DNA from: Chrysomallon squamiferum
Lineage: Eukaryota; Animalia; Mollusca
Direction: 5' to 3'
DNA length: 64,000 nt
Assembly (NCBI GenBank): GCA_012295275.1
Contig: CM022665.1
Span: 45,012,001 to 45,076,000, forward strand
The position numbers and the translations under genes are program-made. Below, piece after piece: positions 32,358 through 64,000 of this stretch. Position 1 is the first letter of the stretch. Each line of letters begins with the position of its first letter. The notes beneath the pieces are model-generated. The model was not told the origin of the DNA, ran no database searches, and worked only from the letters and a program-made list of their open reading frames with translations.

Positions 32358-32562
32358 CAGGTTCGGTTCCAACAGTGTGTGGGGGGGGGCGGGGCGTGGG
32401 GGGGGGTGGTTTCGCCATAACAGCTGACTAGAATTTTCAATAATGAAAAGAGTTTAATATTTAAAGGGAAAAAAAAAATCAGTCCGGGTTTTTTGTAGAT
32501 ATGGAGTGCAAACCCCCCCATGTCCCACCGTCACCCCCACCCACCCACCGGATCCGCGACTG
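32358..32562. mobile_element. Probable MITE-like non-autonomous DNA element
   Basis: Imperfect terminal inverted repeats caggttcggttcc / ggatccgcgactg (9/13 match), G-run near the left end, C-run near the right end, AT-rich core. Confidence 0.4.
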
Positions 32563-33059
32563 GAAAAGAAACACTGGATTTTTTCTGTTATCGTCAGTGC
32601 TATCAGAGTAACTTCACGGTCTAGTGAACATTGTGGGACCGTAAAAAAACAGACACAATAACTAACCGTACAAGCAGAAGAATATCACCTGATATCACCA
32701 TGGAGGTAAATAAATATTTTATACACTGGAAAAAAAAAAATTAATGTATTTTTTTTTACTGTTCTCTTTCTTTCTTTTTTTTTCTTTTTTTTTTTTTAGA
32801 GGGGGAATCCAATGTCAAATAAAGATGACTAAACGATTTTTTTTTTTGGAAAAATATGCTGATAAGTTTTAAATAACTTTTGAAATACATTTTGATTTTT
32901 TTCTATCGTTGATTCCATCTCTTTATTTTATTAATTTTTTTTTTTTTTTTTTGATTTTTAATTCCTCTAATAATACGTTTTATTATTATTTCGCTGAGAA
33001 CTAGGTCCAGATATATAATTATATATGTATGAATACATTGTTATTTCTTTCAATGGTTG

Positions 33060-33090
<31 letters not shown>

Positions 33091-34199
33091 ATTTTTAATT
33101 TTCTTTTTAAAAAATTCGCACTCTTTGCAGCATCATCAATTTTTTTCTCTCTCTCTCTCTTTTCATAACACTGAAGATGTTTGTAAAACCACCAAATCCT
33201 TATCTTTCTCTTTTTTTTTTTCTTCAACTCAAGACTTACGTAATATTACGTCATTGTCCTCTTTTTTTTTTTAATAATTATTTTACTTCATTCTCACGAG
33301 GTGCTTACATTCACTCTGACTCAGAGCATTATACCCTGTCTTAAAAAAAAAAAAAAAAAAAAAAAAAAGCTACGTAAAAATAAAACAACAAGCAAACAAA
33401 ATCTAATCTCACGTTATATCTAGCGACGTAATTTAACAAGACTCTGACGGCCAAACCAAGTAATAGCTAGCTATATCCACTTGTATTCCGTCACGCTCTG
33501 TATACGTTTTACTTCTTTTCTTCTTTTTTTTTTTTACTTCTATTATTTACGTTTTATTATTAGCAATCGCTGGACTGTAAATGTTCAGTCAATCCGGATC
33601 ACATTAGTGTGGGTGTCTCAGCTGACACGTACCTTTTATTTTTTTTATTTTTTTTATTTTTTTCAAGTTAATTTTCTCTTAAAAAAAAAAAAAAAAAAAA
33701 AAACGCGCGTTTCTCATTTTTCGCAAATTTTGTACGTGCAGTTCAAATCAGATGCGAGAATTGTTTCAGTAATGTTTAAATTATCGTATTGAAAACTGAC
33801 TCTTAAACACTTTTTGTGGGGGATATCGTGGGGAGGAGGGAATGGTGTTGTTGTTGTTGTTGTTGTTGTTATTTTAATCCCAAGGTGCTCCCAGAAAGAA
33901 GGTAGGTAATACGATAACAGAAAAAAAAAAAAAAAAAAAACGAGAAAGAAATACTTAAAGCTGTGTGCAGGTTACGACTGGCAACCGTTTTGTTTAGACT
34001 CGAAACAAAACCGATAAAATCTTCTCTTCTTTTTAAACTGAGTCGGAATTACATTTATCGATTCATCTTTCTTGTTCTGAAACACACCTTCAATGTTACA
34101 GAGAAAAAAAAAAATAATACCCAATAATACAGGTGTTCGCAACAGGTAAAAAAACAAAAAAACCTGTCCTTTGACAGCTGCAGTATCAAATTATTATAC

Positions 34200-34584
34200 A
34201 TAACATGCACAATGTCGACTATCATAACACACGTGCAGTGTCGAATAGTACCCAACACACGTGCAATGTCGAATAGTACACACGTGACAATTTAAATTTC
34301 AAATATTAGAGGAGGTATATTTCAACATCATCACAACAAATGTAATATTTGTAACAGCGTATGAGACCAGCTGACAGATAATTACAGGTAGAATTACAGG
34401 TAAAATAGGTATGTTTTATTCGTTTTACAGAGTTAGGTCAGTGCTGAGACAGCCTAAGCACGAGTCGGTTCAGTTTTAAGTTCAGTTAGAGTAGAAATAC
34501 ACAGCGAATCACACTGGACAAGGTTCTTGGTAGATAACTAAAGACGACGGACAGAAATTGTACAACGTACACTGGCTGGTAGGT
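34200..34584 (+). promoter_or_regulatory. Candidate proximal promoter and non-coding first exon of the aGPCR
   Basis: Three CACGTG E-boxes in a ~27-bp repeat (34225-34290), several TCAGT Inr-like motifs (34438-34490), donor CTG|GTAGGT at 34579; the ATG exon has its own acceptor, so an upstream exon must exist. Confidence 0.45.
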
Positions 34585-36050
34585 TTGTTGGTTGTTTGGT
34601 TGGTTAGTTAGTTCGTTCGTTGGCTAAACGGTTGATTGGTTAATCGATTCGTTGATTAGTTAAGTTGTTGGTTAGTTAAGTTGTGAGTTAGTTAAGTTGT
34701 TGGTTAGTTCAGTTGTTAGTTAAGTTGTTGGTTAGTTCAGTTTTGGTTAGTTAAGTTGTTGGTTAGTTACGTTGTTGGTTAGTTAAGTTGTTGGTTGGTT
34801 AAGTTGTTGGTTGGTTAAGTTGTTGGTTAGTTAAGTTGTTGGTTAGTTAAGCTGTTGGTTAGTTAAGTTGTTAGTTAGTTAAGTTGTTGGTTAGTTAAGT
34901 TGTGAGTTAGTTACGTTGTTGGTTAGTTAAGTTGTTAAGTTGTTGGTTAGTTAAGTTGTTGGATAGTTAAGTTGTTCGTTAGTTAAGTTGTTGGTTAGTT
35001 AAGTTGTTAGTTGTTGGTTAGTTGTTTAGTTAGTTGTTGTTGGTTAGTTAGTTGTTGTTAGTTAAGATGTTCGTTAGTTGTTGTTGGTTAGTTAAATTGT
35101 TGTTAGTTAAGTCGTTTGTTGAGTTTGTTAAGTTGTTGGTTAGTTAAGTTGTTAGTTAAGTTGTTAGTTAAGTTGTTGGTTAGTTAAGTTGTTAAGTTGT
35201 TGGTTAGTTAAGTTGTGAGTTAGTTAAGTTGTTGGTTAGTTAAGTTGTTAGTTAAGTTGTTGGTTAGTTAAGTTGTGAGTTAGTTAAGTTGTTGGTTAGT
35301 TAAGTTGTTCGTTACTTAAGTTGTTGGTTAGTTAAGTTGTTGGTTAGTTACCTTGTTGGTTAGTTAAGTTGTTAGTTACGTTAGTGGTTCAGTTAGTTTT
35401 TGTTGGTTAAGTTGTTGGTTAGTTTTGTTGGTTAGTTGTTGCTAGTTAGTTGTTGTTGGTTAGTTAGTTGTTGGTTAGTTAAGTTGTTAGTTACGTTGTT
35501 GGTTAAGTTGTAGTTAGTTAGTTGTTGTTGGTTTGGTTAATTTGTTGGTTAGTTTGTTGTTAGTTAGTTGTTGTTTGTTTGTTGTTGGTTAGTTGTTGTT
35601 GGTTAGTTGTTTGAGTTAGTTAAGTTGTTAGTTAAGTTGTTAGTTAAGTTGTTGGTTAGTTAGTTGTTAAGTTAATTAAGTTAGTTAGTTGTTAGTTAAG
35701 TTTTGAGTTAGTTGTTGTTCGTTAGTTGTTGTTCGTTAGTTAAGTTGTTGGTTAGTTCAGTTGTTCGTTAGTTAAGTTGTTGTTGGTTGTTAGTTAAGTT
35801 GTTGTTGGTTTGTTAAGTTGTTGTTAGTTAAGTTGTTAAGTTGTTGGTTAGTTAGGTTGTTGATTAATTAAGTTGTTAGTTAGTTGTTGGTTAGTTCTGT
35901 TGTTAGTTAAGTTCTGAGTTAGTTAAGTTGTTGTTGTTAGTTAAGTTGTTCGTTAGTTAAGTTGTTGGTTAGTTAAGCTGTTGGTTAGTTAGGTTGTTGG
36001 TTAGTTAAGTTGTTGGTTAGTTAAGTTGTTGGTTCTTTGGTTGGTTGGAG
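34585..36050. repeat. ~1.4-kb minisatellite, 16-bp unit TTAGTTAAGTTGTTGG
   Basis: Dozens of near-identical units with indel variants; almost no C on the + strand. Confidence 0.95.
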
Positions 36051-36707
36051 GACTGTTGCTTGTTTCGTTTCAGTTTGGCTGCTTGGGCTTTATATAGGAA
36101 GTTTTGGTTTTCTTGGTTGAATGGGTTCTCTGGTAAATTGGTTGACTGATTTGTTGATTTGTTGGTTACTGGCTGCTTGGTTTTGTCTGTTTTGTCGGTT
36201 GCTTGCCTGTTTGGTTGTTAATTAATTTGCTGGGGTTTGTTTTTGGTTAGTTCTTTGGTTACTTGACTCGTTAGTTCGTTTCGAGATTTCACTGGTAGTT
36301 TGGTAGTCAGGTTTGTTTGGTTGGTTCGTTAGTAAGTTAGTTATATGTAAGTACTGTGCGTTGGTTAGTTGATGGAGTTTCTATCTACTTTACTGGTTGA
36401 ATATCTGGTAGGCTCATTAATTTATTAACTGACAATGTTCTAGTTTCTTATTCACTGATTTATAGGCCGTTTTTTTATTTTTAATGATCTTTATTTCTAT
36501 TTCTATTTAATATATAACTTGATGGCAGTAAACACTTCATATATCCGATAAATAATAATAATACTAAGAAGAAGAAGAAAAGTAAGAAGAAAATTGTTTT
36601 AAAATTATTTACCGTTCTAACCATTCTTGAAGCACTTTTCTCTTTACCATTTTCAGATTAAGCAAGCTTTGAACTGAACAAGTAACACAAGCAACACATT
36701 CGTCATC

Positions 36708-63943
<27,236 letters not shown>

Positions 63944-64000
63944 GGTGTAAAAAACACAAAAAAAAAAAAACAAAAAAAAAAAACACAGAAAATACTGACA

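Noticed and set aside
34585-36050. Possible telomeric repeat
   Set aside because: The unit is 16 bp and does not match TTAGGG or TTAGG arrays

Overview
Eukaryotic (metazoan) genomic DNA: very AT-rich and saturated with microsatellites. Repeat style suggests a mollusc, possibly a gastropod, but that is inference. Nearly all ORFs in the supplied track are microsatellite artefacts. The one well-supported gene is a complete + strand adhesion GPCR (class B2), assembled by hand from 29 coding exons with GT-AG introns and consistent phases (ATG 36708, TGA 63941-63943, 4368 nt, 1455 aa). Its architecture is signal peptide, Ig, Ig, Ser/Thr mucin stalk, hormone-receptor (HRM) domain, GAIN/GPS (intact HL|TNFAILM), 7TM and a ~400 aa cytoplasmic tail. 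Positions 1-36.6 kb hold no clear coding gene, but contain several candidate non-coding first exons/promoters, a possible minus-strand coding start, SINE/MITE remnants and minisatellites. The most unusual signals concern the receptor's splicing and regulation: a tandemly duplicated acceptor giving an early stop before the GPS, a hidden 5-nt stop microexon or recursive site, an in-frame alternative donor, minisatellites anchored on splice signals, and a CCAAT/CRE array inside the mucin exon. No prokaryotic-type system (CRISPR, operon) is present.
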